A stretch of 53,402 bases of DNA, taken from positions 1-53,402 of IMG/VR virus record IMGVR_UViG_3300029267_000987. One strand, given 5' to 3'. This DNA is from a virus. Lineage: Duplodnaviria; Caudoviricetes. A model generated the notes under the pieces. It was not told the DNA's origin. It ran no database searches and was given only the letters and a program-made list of their open reading frames with translations. The position numbers were made by a program, and so were the translations under genes. Every line of letters begins with the position of its first letter. The first letter of the stretch is position 1. Shown here piece after piece: positions 25,692 through 35,101 of this stretch.

Positions 25692-27077
25692 TCAATCACC
25701 TATTGAAATCATAATATCTTTCAAGTCCTGTTCAGATAGTCCAGCTTTCTCTGCTATCGCTTTGACAGCTTTCCACATCTGGACTATGCATCCAATCTGT
25801 AATGCATTTATTTTAGCATGAGACATGAATATCGTGTTCTCATCTACTTCAGTATCTTTAGCTCTATTTAATTCTTCTTGTGAAATGTCTCTAATAATAT
25901 TCAATTCTTTAGCCCTTTTAATATGCTTACCCATAGCAGTTCTAGCATCATTATAATATTCCTTCCTCTTATCTAGATGGGTATTAAGAGCCTGAAGCAG
26001 ACCAATATCATCTTCTAAATCAAGTGTTCCATATGTTCCATTTGTATTCTCTATATCTCCATCACCATATATCTGGCAAACAGTTCCACCACCACTGAGA
26101 AATTCAACCAATGCTTCTGAAGCTCCAACACTCGTCCAACTGGTTCCACCATTCGATTTTCTTCCACGGATTATAATTGGTGCATGAGTAGAATCTGGTG
26201 ATTCTGTATAACCTTCGAGCAAAAGGCCTGCGCCATTGCTCTCACCATATCCAGCAATATCCATCCCGGTAGACCCATTGACCTTTATAGAGCAGAAAGT
26301 ATCTTCCTCGTCTAAATCTGTAAATGGATGGGATATGTCCGTATTCTTCAGAGCGATGATATTCTCAAAGTCATCTCCCTGATTCAGACAGAGACCACCA
26401 TCCCCAACATCCGGGGCATCTTCATTAGTGGATATACGAGCGTTACCCCAGAATCGAGTCTTTTTGCCACCTACTCTGTTGGATAGGTGTAGGACACAAT
26501 CATCATCCTGCAAATTTTGTGTTCCTGTTCCAGATTTACGATAGCCTTCGATTGCGACGGTTCCTAGAGGGCCAGAGTCAGTATCAACATATCCTCTAAT
26601 TACTACGCCACTTTTAACATCTTCAGTTAGACCTTCGATAAGTAGACCGCCTGAAGCACCATCTACCTTAGAGAATTGTCCATAAGTATCAGTTTCGGCA
26701 ATATCAGTTATACCATGAGCTACATCTGAACTCTTCAGAGTCTCAATCAGGCCATCGCCATCACCTTGATTTAGACAGAGACCACCTTTGCCTACATCTG
26801 GTGACTGCTCATTGCCTGTTGCTAATATATCATTAGCATCAGCAAGATACCAGACCTCTCCAGTTTCTGTGAAAGGGGAGCTACCAAATCCTCCCCATGA
26901 TGAACCGTTATAAAATCTAGGTTTATTATCTGTTGTATTGAAATAGACCATACCCTCTTGAGGATTCCCCGTTCCATCATGATTACTATCATACTTCTGA
27001 TTTCTGATAAACGTAAGGCAGTTAGCATCATTTGTATGCTCACCCATATAATTATGTTGTCCGTATGGCTCTTTCAT
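25692..27077 (-). CDS. fibre/spike protein with internal duplication
   Basis: N-terminal PYGQHNYMGxH module shared with 27138-28457; PDVGxGGLCLNQGD occurs twice; helical C-terminal domain. Confidence 0.6.
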   Translation of the reverse strand: MKEPYGQHNYMGEHTNDANCLTFIRNQKYDSNHDGTGNPQEGMVYFNTTDNKPRFYNGSSWGGFGSSPFTETGEVWYLADANDILATGNEQSPDVGKGGLCLNQGDGDGLIETLKSSDVAHGITDIAETDTYGQFSKVDGASGGLLIEGLTEDVKSGVVIRGYVDTDSGPLGTVAIEGYRKSGTGTQNLQDDDCVLHLSNRVGGKKTRFWGNARISTNEDAPDVGDGGLCLNQGDDFENIIALKNTDISHPFTDLDEEDTFCSIKVNGSTGMDIAGYGESNGAGLLLEGYTESPDSTHAPIIIRGRKSNGGTSWTSVGASEALVEFLSGGGTVCQIYGDGDIENTNGTYGTLDLEDDIGLLQALNTHLDKRKEYYNDARTAMGKHIKRAKELNIIRDISQEELNRAKDTEVDENTIFMSHAKINALQIGCIVQMWKAVKAIAEKAGLSEQDLKDIMISIGD

Positions 27078-27088
27078 TTCTACACCTC

Positions 27089-27126
27089 TAAAAATAGATA
27101 TGGGGCTGATAGATTATACCAGCCCC
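27089..27126 (-). terminator. hairpin plus T-rich terminator/attenuator
   Basis: GGGGCTG/CAGCCCC stem at 27102-27126, followed on the minus strand by ATATCTATTTTT. Confidence 0.5.
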
Positions 27127-27137
27127 GATATTAGTAT

Positions 27138-28457
27138 CTAACAGACCACCCAACCGTCATTGTTCCCGTCTGAATTCACATACAGGATGTTGTTGGTCGT
27201 ATCTAGGTAGGTATCGCCCTGATTACCTGCCTGATTGCCATTAGGCGTTCCAGCTCCGGTATAGAACTCCTTATGGATAGATACATCTCCAACGTGGGTA
27301 TCCAAAGCAGTTAGGGCATCCTCTACATTTGTGGCATTGCCCAGATTGGACTTGGTATCTGTTCCGATAAGAGACGCACCTTCACTTCCACCAGTTGTTG
27401 AACCCAACTCTGTTTCAGTGTAGTATATATCGTCATGCTTATGTATAGAACAGTCGTTCCCATCTGTCAAGTCTGTATGCTGAGAACTTGTCAGATGATA
27501 GTATTCATCTGTAGTTCCACCTTGTAGGCCAGATGTATTATTATGGGAAATAGTAGAACCAAACTTTACCCAATTAGACCCATTGAAAACGTAGAGAACA
27601 TTCTCATCCTCTACCCAACAGGCAAAACCCTCATCTGGTGTCTCAAAGTCCCAGTCAGCAGGGTCGCCCTGGTCATCTATACAGATGGCTATGTCATTAA
27701 CAGCTCCACCAGACCAGTCACCACCAGTCCCTGCTACGATGTATCTGTTCCCAATCGTAGGAGATGGAGCAGTAACTAGGTCTTTGTCAAGAACAGAATC
27801 TTGCCAATCCAGACCTTGGATTAGACCATCAACATAGTCCTTAGTAGTTGCATCTGAACCAGCTGAAGGGGCGTTCAAACCAGTAACCGTCCCAGCGGAG
27901 TTCATGTCTATGTCTCCAGCCAGAACATTACTCTCTGTCCTAGCTTCCTCTAGTGTCACAGAATGAGGATTACCAGATGTTGTCCCAACGTGTGTATCAC
28001 ACGCTGTCAGAGCATCTTCAATGTTAGTTGCATTACCTAGATTCGCTTTTGTGTCTGTACCTATCAATGAGGCTCCTTCAGACCCACCTGTTGTAGAACC
28101 CAATTCCGTCTCTGTATAGTATATATCATCGTGCTTATGGATAGAGCAATCGCCACCATCCGTAAGGTCGATATGTTGGGCTGAAGTAAGATGGTAATAC
28201 TCGTCTGTTGTCCCACCTTGTAGACCAGACAGGTCGTTGTGTGCCCCACCAACAGCAGAAGTCCAAGCTCCATTCTCATAGACTTTCAGCTTATTAGCAG
28301 AGCTATCGTAGAATGTCATACCATTCTCAGGATTTCCTGACCCATCCTTGTTAGAATCAAACTTCTGATTTCTAATCCAAGTCAGAGCGGCGGATTCTCC
28401 AGCATGACTACCCATGTAGTTATGTTGTCCATATGGTGCATTTAGTGTCATTTTCAC
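27138..28457 (-). CDS. fibre protein with DUF2793-like domain and 86-aa direct repeat
   Basis: HxH fibre repeats, DATTKDYVD, WQDSV...GNRYIVA...W...EGFACWVEDENVLYVFNGSNW. Confidence 0.7.
   Translation of the reverse strand: MKMTLNAPYGQHNYMGSHAGESAALTWIRNQKFDSNKDGSGNPENGMTFYDSSANKLKVYENGAWTSAVGGAHNDLSGLQGGTTDEYYHLTSAQHIDLTDGGDCSIHKHDDIYYTETELGSTTGGSEGASLIGTDTKANLGNATNIEDALTACDTHVGTTSGNPHSVTLEEARTESNVLAGDIDMNSAGTVTGLNAPSAGSDATTKDYVDGLIQGLDWQDSVLDKDLVTAPSPTIGNRYIVAGTGGDWSGGAVNDIAICIDDQGDPADWDFETPDEGFACWVEDENVLYVFNGSNWVKFGSTISHNNTSGLQGGTTDEYYHLTSSQHTDLTDGNDCSIHKHDDIYYTETELGSTTGGSEGASLIGTDTKSNLGNATNVEDALTALDTHVGDVSIHKEFYTGAGTPNGNQAGNQGDTYLDTTNNILYVNSDGNNDGWVVC
27288..28241 (-). repeat. intragenic 258-nt direct repeat (27984-28241 and 27288-27545)
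   Basis: 78 of 86 aa identical between the copies by manual alignment. Confidence 0.85.
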
Positions 28458-28464
28458 ACCTTCT

Positions 28465-28770
28465 CTAAATTACATTCCAACTAGTTCCAGCTGGATTTGA
28501 AACGCAAATATATAATATTCCAGTAGCAGTATCTTGGTATTTCTGACCATAAGCTCCAGCCACAACACCATTAGGATTACCTACGCCAGAGAGCATAGGT
28601 AGTAAAGCTCCTCCAATTGATTCAGCCACGTATCTAGTCAGAGCCATCAATGATGCTGTATCAGGTGCAATAGATGAAACATCTTCCTTATTACCTACAA
28701 CATCTCGACTACGGCCATTAGCTTCACTATCTGGTGCAGGGACTAACGGCCCTGTTGGATTATCTGTCAC
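28465..28770 (-). CDS. small virion adaptor/decoration protein
   Basis: Composed of a DVVGNKED module and a GxGxPNG...YxDT...LY module, each shared with neighbouring genes. Confidence 0.6.
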   Translation of the reverse strand: MTDNPTGPLVPAPDSEANGRSRDVVGNKEDVSSIAPDTASLMALTRYVAESIGGALLPMLSGVGNPNGVVAGAYGQKYQDTATGILYICVSNPAGTSWNVI

Positions 28771-29039
28771 TGGAAAGCCTCCACTATTAGGTCTAACTTA
28801 TCTTTATCATCTTGTGATAACTCCTCTTCCCAAGCAATTGTCAGAGTTCCTGGGTAATTGCCACCGTGAGGAAATGGCTCAGGAATCTTAAATGGTCCAG
28901 CGTCATACCTAGACCATATTACATCCCTATTCGTCATCTCAGAGTTACCGATAGCAGATTCAATATCATTTAAATCCACATCGTCGCCATCGAAATCATG
29001 ATAAGCATATTCAATAGTCATTACATCTCCTCCACGCAT
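28767..29039 (-). CDS. small acidic virion-associated protein
   Basis: Packed within the structural operon. Confidence 0.55.
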   Translation of the reverse strand: MRGGDVMTIEYAYHDFDGDDVDLNDIESAIGNSEMTNRDVIWSRYDAGPFKIPEPFPHGGNYPGTLTIAWEEELSQDDKDKLDLIVEAFQ

Positions 29040-29443
29040 ACTGTTGACATACTAACACCAAAACTCCCACCAGACGCAGATTTATATAATAAATCTACTG
29101 TCAGAGTTAATGGAGATGTCAGAACAAACCGTATACATCCTGAACATATCTGAGTAGTAGATACTGTTATTGCTTGCTCTCTACTCTGCAACAATGGAGA
29201 ACCAGAGAAGCCTAATGCTATGTCTCCCTGCGTCCCACCAGCTGGTGCTAGAAACTGTGTAGAGAAAGACATACAATATGTGCCTGGTTTTAGGGTTACA
29301 GGAATACTTGCTTTTGTCTGCCAGGATGTAGATGTGGTGTATGATGGTGGGTAGGATTCTGCGTGTTTTTTATATGGTTTGATGTATTCAATAATATCTG
29401 TCACGTGTGCTCTCCTCCTGAGTCCAAACTCTGATTTGTCCAA
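29021..29443 (-). CDS. jelly-roll (BclA/C1q-like) fibre tip protein (tentative; start uncertain)
   Basis: TTSTSWQT...LKPGTY beta-sandwich pattern. Confidence 0.45.
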   Translation of the reverse strand: MDKSEFGLRRRAHVTDIIEYIKPYKKHAESYPPSYTTSTSWQTKASIPVTLKPGTYCMSFSTQFLAPAGGTQGDIALGFSGSPLLQSREQAITVSTTQICSGCIRFVLTSPLTLTVDLLYKSASGGSFGVSMSTVCVEEM

Positions 29444-30326
29444 ATTCTATTGATGATACACCACCAGTGGACAGGTTATAGAATTGTATTATCTGAGTAT
29501 CTACTGGAACCTCTGCAAGAGCAGGGCTAAATTCTCGGACTAGAACTTCATCTATCCAGAATCTAATCATAATCCGCATATCACCTGTATCATCTTCGTA
29601 ATGTGTGCTGATTCGTAACTTATGTAGATTAGGAGTTCCAGATATAGCATGGTCTGCCTGGTCTACTGTTGAACCATTAGCTCGAACAATAGACCTAACT
29701 CCAGTAGGTATAGGTGTGAATCCTATTAGATTATCAGATATGGAGGTAGCAGTATTTAATTCAGACCATCCCCAGAATGAATTACCTGCCTGGAGTAGTG
29801 CCTGAGAGCTAAGTATTACACTAAATTCAAGATTAACCTGTTGGAACATATGTCTAAGTGCAGATAGACTAGGTGTAGCGATATTTAATCCACACTGCCA
29901 CCATTTCTGTTTAGAGTAAAATCTAACATTTTCTCCGTTATCCAGGTCTAGATGAACAAATATTAGACCAGCTCCACTATCCTTATAGATTACTCCTGTT
30001 TTAGTTACAATCCATCTCTCATCGGTGACAATATTATCAGAATCATCCCACTTCTGCCACCCTTCAAACATAAAGGTTCGGGGCAATTCTTGTTTCTCAA
30101 TATGTCTAATCATATCAATTAGACCTTTATTATAACGCATAAGTGAATAATCATCAGATGTTAGATATACAGACGTATCTTCTTTGTTACCTACAACGTC
30201 TGATACATATGAATTATTTAAAGCATCAGCAGGAGGGGCATCTAACCTATCCATTATTTCATCTGCTTTAGCATCAACTATCCCAAGCAGTGATAGAATG
30301 TCTCTAAACTTCTTCTTAAAGTCCAT
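29388..30326 (-). CDS. virion protein with GNKED module and lectin-like C-terminal domain
   Basis: DVVGNKED; C-terminal HKLRI...IRFWIDEVLV concanavalin-like pattern. Confidence 0.55.
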   Translation of the reverse strand: MDFKKKFRDILSLLGIVDAKADEIMDRLDAPPADALNNSYVSDVVGNKEDTSVYLTSDDYSLMRYNKGLIDMIRHIEKQELPRTFMFEGWQKWDDSDNIVTDERWIVTKTGVIYKDSGAGLIFVHLDLDNGENVRFYSKQKWWQCGLNIATPSLSALRHMFQQVNLEFSVILSSQALLQAGNSFWGWSELNTATSISDNLIGFTPIPTGVRSIVRANGSTVDQADHAISGTPNLHKLRISTHYEDDTGDMRIMIRFWIDEVLVREFSPALAEVPVDTQIIQFYNLSTGGVSSIEFGQIRVWTQEESTRDRYY

Positions 30327-31009
30327 TAGAATGCCTCCAGATAGTTTATCTCATTGTCATAGAATCGACTATGTTCATCTAGACTCAAAGCTCTCTGCCA
30401 GATACGAGGAAGGGTTTCATATCCCTGATAACCATCAATACCTAGACGACCACCAATGTGGAATGAGGACTGGGTAGGTGCAGAAGCTGGTAGATGTGTT
30501 GGACTCAGCTGTAATCCCAACTCAGTCTTATCATAAAATATCTTACAATTCCCAGCAGAATCTATTGATATAGTTAGAAGATGCCAAACATCATCACCAT
30601 ATGGGACTGGAACGGAGAGAGTCTGTTGGATAACTGCTCCCTGATGAGTCTCATACCCTATCTCACCAAGAGCAGTTAGGAATACTCTTATTCCCCCAAC
30701 ACCGTTATTAAGTCTATCAAACATGTTAATATTCTGAAGAAGAAAGGTCTGCATCCATATCTGTAAGGTATAATTGACACCTGTATAATCTGGAGCAGGT
30801 TTATCTACACCTATATCAACTACCCCACTAAATATGCCTGGATGAAACAGAACATAGTTGCCTGTTTCTCTTCTAGTCCACACACAATTATTTACTCGAC
30901 CATCTCTACTATATTTAGTCCTGCCATGAATCCTATCCTGATTCTCTACATATGGCATATCCATTAAGCACTCAGAGTAGATTTGGTCTTCCAGATACGA
31001 CATTCCCAT
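30326..31009 (-). CDS. LamG/concanavalin A-like lectin domain protein
   Basis: YTLQIW, WHLLTISID, KIFYD, FHIGG, RIWQRALS motifs. Confidence 0.75.
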   Translation of the reverse strand: MGMSYLEDQIYSECLMDMPYVENQDRIHGRTKYSRDGRVNNCVWTRRETGNYVLFHPGIFSGVVDIGVDKPAPDYTGVNYTLQIWMQTFLLQNINMFDRLNNGVGGIRVFLTALGEIGYETHQGAVIQQTLSVPVPYGDDVWHLLTISIDSAGNCKIFYDKTELGLQLSPTHLPASAPTQSSFHIGGRLGIDGYQGYETLPRIWQRALSLDEHSRFYDNEINYLEAF

Positions 31010-32859
31010 TAGACTCCCTCCTTCGCAATGACTTGAATCTTAAACTGTATTGGTGGGGTGTAGCTAGTTGATGAGGCAGTTTGGTTAAACGTTAGACGAA
31101 TTCCAAATCTATTGGGGGTAAGTAACCATTCAATAACTTCATCCCCGTTATCTAATCCACCCTTTAAATCATCATATTGTTCAAAATCAGATTGAACCCA
31201 TACAGAAGTATCATCAACCTGCACCTCTTCAGTGAGAGTTATAGTATCTCCAACTGCCATATTAGATACAGTTACACGAACTAGAATCGGGTCTTTCATC
31301 TTCGTTTGCTCATTAGTATACAAGATATGGTCTGATGCATCTTCTGGAAGAACAGAAAATCCAAACTCTTTCATTATCAATTCTGAATTAATCTTGTCAT
31401 TTATATTAGTAATAGAAAATGTTCTATCTAATAATTCATCAACGTTGTCATCTATTACATCTATCTTACCATCAATAGTAGTAATATCTGCCTGGATAGC
31501 ATCAACCTTAGAATCTACAACTGCTATGTCTGCGATTATCGTCACAGTATTGGCTAATATATCATCTACTACAAGGTCTAGTCTACCACCATCAGACCAC
31601 CAAGTCCACAGGTCGTTTAGCTCAATCTCCATAGCATCAATATCTACTTGAAGAGCGTCTATCTTCCCATCTATAACTGTAACATCAGCTTGTAGATTAT
31701 CTATCTTAATATCTATAACTGAGACAGCTGATATGAGAGCAGCAGTGTTAGCAAGAGTCTGGTCAAGTATCAAGTCTAGGCGCCCACCATCTGCTAAGTC
31801 TTGAAGTATATTACCAAGACCAACAACCATGAATAGATTCTGTTCAGGCAGATTAACAGTTTTACCATTAGCGAACTCAACAGAGGCTCCTTCAAAATGA
31901 AGCCAAGCTAAATCTCCTATATTCCAACCAGAAGGTGGGAAGTTATATGCATAGAAGATTCTATCATTAGCTGGACTGACAGAACTTGGGCCAGAGATAA
32001 CACTAAGCCAAGTAACATCTATTCCTTGTCTGTATCGGTAAACGTCACACGTGCCTGGTGTAACTGAAACTATTCCACCAATACCATCTACTAAATCCCA
32101 TATAGAGAAACCAAAGTTAGTAGACGGCATCCCGGGAGTAGGGTAATTTAGAACAGGATTTTCCTTACCTAACATCCCGTTCCGCAGATGTTGAACAAGA
32201 ACCTCAATATCATTACAGGTGGCTAGGATGTCATCTAGAAGGTTGTCAATACGGCCACCATCTTCCAGATACGAATTCGTCTCATTAGTAACGGTCTCGA
32301 TGGTATCAATCTGAGTAGAAATGTCACCCAAGTCTGTAAGGAGACAGGTCTGTGGAATTTGTAGTATATCATAAGTATTAATCCCAATAGTTGCAGTAGA
32401 CTTAGTATTCTCTATAACCTTAACAGTATCATCTTCCTGCCAACTAACAGAGGTCAAGTCTATAATATAATAGAGAACACCATCCTCTTTCAGAAGAGTT
32501 ACACCAGCAGAGATTGTGGTTTCTACTCCAGCACGTATACGGATAACATCAATAGTCCCTGCTGTCAAAGAACCAGATGGGATGGGATTCTGGGTCTGCC
32601 GATTAAGGACAGAGACAGCATAGACTATTGATGCGTTTACGTAGGAGAACTCAGGCATTTCAGTAGCTTGGACTAACGCTGCGGTAGATGAACCACCAAG
32701 TAAAACAATAATCTCTCTAAGTAAAGATATCGCAGACGCAGTAGGTGTAGCAGTTGCAATATCCTGCTTATTACCTAACGCATCTCTCATTCGGGTGTTT
32801 CCCTGATAGTTTGGGACAGCTATCTTAGGTCCCTCAGGAAAATCAGACCCATCTGACAT
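31009..32859 (-). CDS. coiled-coil fibre protein
   Basis: IDxKID heptads, three DGGR[LI]D repeats, two similar beta domains (TAGTIDVIRIRAG / TPGTCDVYRYRQG). Confidence 0.7.
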   Translation of the reverse strand: MSDGSDFPEGPKIAVPNYQGNTRMRDALGNKQDIATATPTASAISLLREIIVLLGGSSTAALVQATEMPEFSYVNASIVYAVSVLNRQTQNPIPSGSLTAGTIDVIRIRAGVETTISAGVTLLKEDGVLYYIIDLTSVSWQEDDTVKVIENTKSTATIGINTYDILQIPQTCLLTDLGDISTQIDTIETVTNETNSYLEDGGRIDNLLDDILATCNDIEVLVQHLRNGMLGKENPVLNYPTPGMPSTNFGFSIWDLVDGIGGIVSVTPGTCDVYRYRQGIDVTWLSVISGPSSVSPANDRIFYAYNFPPSGWNIGDLAWLHFEGASVEFANGKTVNLPEQNLFMVVGLGNILQDLADGGRLDLILDQTLANTAALISAVSVIDIKIDNLQADVTVIDGKIDALQVDIDAMEIELNDLWTWWSDGGRLDLVVDDILANTVTIIADIAVVDSKVDAIQADITTIDGKIDVIDDNVDELLDRTFSITNINDKINSELIMKEFGFSVLPEDASDHILYTNEQTKMKDPILVRVTVSNMAVGDTITLTEEVQVDDTSVWVQSDFEQYDDLKGGLDNGDEVIEWLLTPNRFGIRLTFNQTASSTSYTPPIQFKIQVIAKEGV

Positions 32860-32864
32860 ACTAA

Positions 32865-33236
32865 CTACCTCCTGTCAGTATAACCAGTATAATGTGGTGC
32901 AAGTAGCTTACCTTTCAGCTCAGAAGCGGGACCAGCTGCTACTAATATAGCAGAGACCTTTATCTTCTCTACATACCAGCTTCCTTCTAGAATGATATGT
33001 TGAGTTTGACCAGCCGGAACAAGATTTTCAATGTCAGAATCAAGTGATTTCTGATGAACAATCGTTTCCTTAATATCCGCATAAGAGTAACGGACAATAA
33101 TATCTTCTCCGCCATTATTCTCTACAAGAAGATGTTTAGGCCCCATGTGGTTTCTAGTATCATGAAGGTCTATACAATTCGTTTCAGTCACGTTACTGTC
33201 AATCTCTTGATTTTCAAATTCAGCAATTAGAGCCAT
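32865..33236 (-). CDS. small beta-rich virion (decoration/spike base-like) protein
   Basis: First gene after an internal promoter in the structural block; GGAGG RBS. Confidence 0.5.
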   Translation of the reverse strand: MALIAEFENQEIDSNVTETNCIDLHDTRNHMGPKHLLVENNGGEDIIVRYSYADIKETIVHQKSLDSDIENLVPAGQTQHIILEGSWYVEKIKVSAILVAAGPASELKGKLLAPHYTGYTDRR

Positions 33237-33346
33237 AAGATTCCTCCAGAGGTCGGATTTGCCCTGTCCTTCCCTGTTCCGCTTCAGCAGACTACATTTA
33301 GGAGTTTGGGCGTATGATGTATACTATACTTCATAGTATTATATTA

Positions 33347-33357
33347 TATATAAAGGT
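33347..33357 (-). promoter_or_regulatory. archaeal TATA-box promoter for the fibre/tail operon
   Basis: ACCTTTATATA on the minus strand, the same core as at 175 and 48787, just after the tandem terminators. Confidence 0.6.
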
Positions 33358-33372
33358 ATGCATATTGAAGAT

Positions 33373-33414
33373 GGGAAAAAGATAGAGAGTAGACAGGTTC
33401 ATATCTACTCTCTA
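33373..33414 (-). terminator. terminator 2 after the capsid operon
   Basis: TAGAGAGTAGA/TCTACTCTCTA 11-bp stem followed by TCTTTTT on the minus strand. Confidence 0.6.
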
Positions 33415-33450
33415 AGGGGGAGGAGATTACTTATATTAGATAATAATCAT

Positions 33451-33494
33451 AAATAGAAATAAAAAGGAGGAGCAGAGAGGTGGACTGCTCCTCC
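33451..33494 (-). terminator. terminator 1 after the capsid operon
   Basis: GGAGGAGCAG/CTGCTCCTCC 10-bp stem followed by TTTTTATTTCTATTT on the minus strand. Confidence 0.7.
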
Positions 33495-33523
33495 GGGTGC
33501 AATCTCTAGGGAAACCAGAGAGA

Positions 33524-33931
33524 TTAGAGTGGTTCTGAGTCTAGTTGCGTGGGAGGAAAATCTTCAACCTCATGCCAGATTATCCTAATGTTCCATGCAA
33601 CATCTTCATCATCTGCATTAGTTCCGTATATCTCTAACGGCTCTCTAATGTAGAGTGGTGCTCCGTCTATAACATCTGCTCCTTTCAGCGTGTTCACGGT
33701 TGTGTCATAGCACTCTAGCGGAATGTCTCCAAAGGAGGCTTTCAGAACTAGGTCTATGAGGATTGATGTCGTAACGGCTCGACCATCTACAAGAATCGAG
33801 TCAATGCGGATGACTTTGTCAGCAGGGTCTAGTAATACCAGAAGATTCCTAGTATCATCTACCGTAGTCCCATCTAACAGTATGGGTTCTTTCGCAACGA
33901 GTTTTTCTAGGATTTGCTCCATATCTGCCAA
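33524..33931 (-). CDS. putative capsid decoration/cement protein (likely TTG start)
   Basis: Directly after the MCP and before the double terminator; beta-rich. Confidence 0.55.
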   Translation of the reverse strand: MADMEQILEKLVAKEPILLDGTTVDDTRNLLVLLDPADKVIRIDSILVDGRAVTTSILIDLVLKASFGDIPLECYDTTVNTLKGADVIDGAPLYIREPLEIYGTNADDEDVAWNIRIIWHEVEDFPPTQLDSEPL

Positions 33932-33943
33932 ACTCCCACCACC

Positions 33944-35101
33944 TTAAATGTAGCCAGACTTGATAGCCTTAGCATACTGATGGGCATTGAACAGACCACA
34001 TCCAAACAGTTCGTTCACAAGAGTTGGTTGAGATTTCTCCCATGTCTTGACCCGAAGGTCGCCAGACTTGGCTTCCATCTCTTCAACCTTAGCGACAGGT
34101 TTCTTCTTGTAGGTATACTTTCCAAGCCTTCCGCCTTTCTGACAGACGAAAGCGATACCCTCATACATCCTTTCAGAGACAAGGAAATTCACTCCGGCGG
34201 TCTTGCCTATTTCCCCATTCATCAGAACTGCATTGGAACCATACCTATCTGCATCTGTGAACCGGTCATCCTTCTCCAAGTCGTTCATCTCATTCTCATT
34301 CAGAACGCAGGTATTACCCTTACCGTAGCAAGAGCTTCTGATTTTGGTCTTGCCATTGACCACATCATCTCTGCCGAACCTCTTTACAGAGACGACTTCG
34401 AGAGCGTTAGTCAAATCAGAATAGATGTAATCACAGTTTGGATTACCGACTGTCGGGGCAGTGACAAACTCAATTCTGCCTCTGAAGAAATCAACGTAGA
34501 AATCTACGCCGATAGTCTGAGCAACAGGGCCAGCCCCATAGTCAGCAGTAAGTGTGGTAATCTCTAAAACCTTGTCGTGGTCTAGGGCGAACCTCTTGGC
34601 GGTTCCAGTGGCAGCAGACAATACTTCGCCAGTTACCACAGTAGCCTGAAGGACTTCGTTCCAGACACGAGAGTCAGACTTTCTTGCCATACCAGCAGCA
34701 AGAGCATGTTCTGTTTCAACCACAGCATTAATATCCATTGCGTCTATCGCATCTTCGTAGACGATTTCTGAATGACCAAATTTGGTTGGAATTGAATCTA
34801 CTGTGGAGAAAACTTCAGGAGTCAGAACCGGAGGAACATCGTCACCAGCATTGAAATCCCGAGCATCTGACATCGGAGCAGCTTTCCTGTAAGTTCTGAT
34901 TCTACCTGGTTTTCCGACTAGCTTGGTATCTTCCTCAAGAATCTGCTTACCTACTAACATCGGCTCCAAGTCGTGGATTATGTCTTTGGTAATCAGCTTC
35001 TGTATACCAGATGAGGTAACATCAGCTTCGTCAAAGGTAAAATCTTCGAACTTCAGTTCTATGCCATCCTGATACTTTTTCTTGTATTTCATCTGCATCA
35101 C
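33944..35101 (-). CDS. major capsid protein, HK97-fold, with inserted beta-sandwich domain (likely start 35092)
   Basis: Follows protease and scaffold; spine-helix-like LAAGMARKSDSRVW and VLMNGEIGKTAGVNFLVS. Confidence 0.85.
   Translation of the reverse strand: MMQMKYKKKYQDGIELKFEDFTFDEADVTSSGIQKLITKDIIHDLEPMLVGKQILEEDTKLVGKPGRIRTYRKAAPMSDARDFNAGDDVPPVLTPEVFSTVDSIPTKFGHSEIVYEDAIDAMDINAVVETEHALAAGMARKSDSRVWNEVLQATVVTGEVLSAATGTAKRFALDHDKVLEITTLTADYGAGPVAQTIGVDFYVDFFRGRIEFVTAPTVGNPNCDYIYSDLTNALEVVSVKRFGRDDVVNGKTKIRSSCYGKGNTCVLNENEMNDLEKDDRFTDADRYGSNAVLMNGEIGKTAGVNFLVSERMYEGIAFVCQKGGRLGKYTYKKKPVAKVEEMEAKSGDLRVKTWEKSQPTLVNELFGCGLFNAHQYAKAIKSGYI

Noticed and set aside
27288-28241. Diversity-generating retroelement TR/VR pair
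   Set aside because: Both copies are in-frame in one gene, differences are mostly synonymous and not adenine-specific, and no reverse transcriptase gene is visible.
33914-34567. 217-aa plus-strand ORF antisense to the MCP
   Set aside because: Shadow frame of a codon-biased gene; no RBS or recognisable motifs. The same applies to the other short antisense or nested ORFs in the track (e.g. 1838-2086, 6075-6383, 20690-20995, 31232-31651, 37531-37815, 49136-49465).
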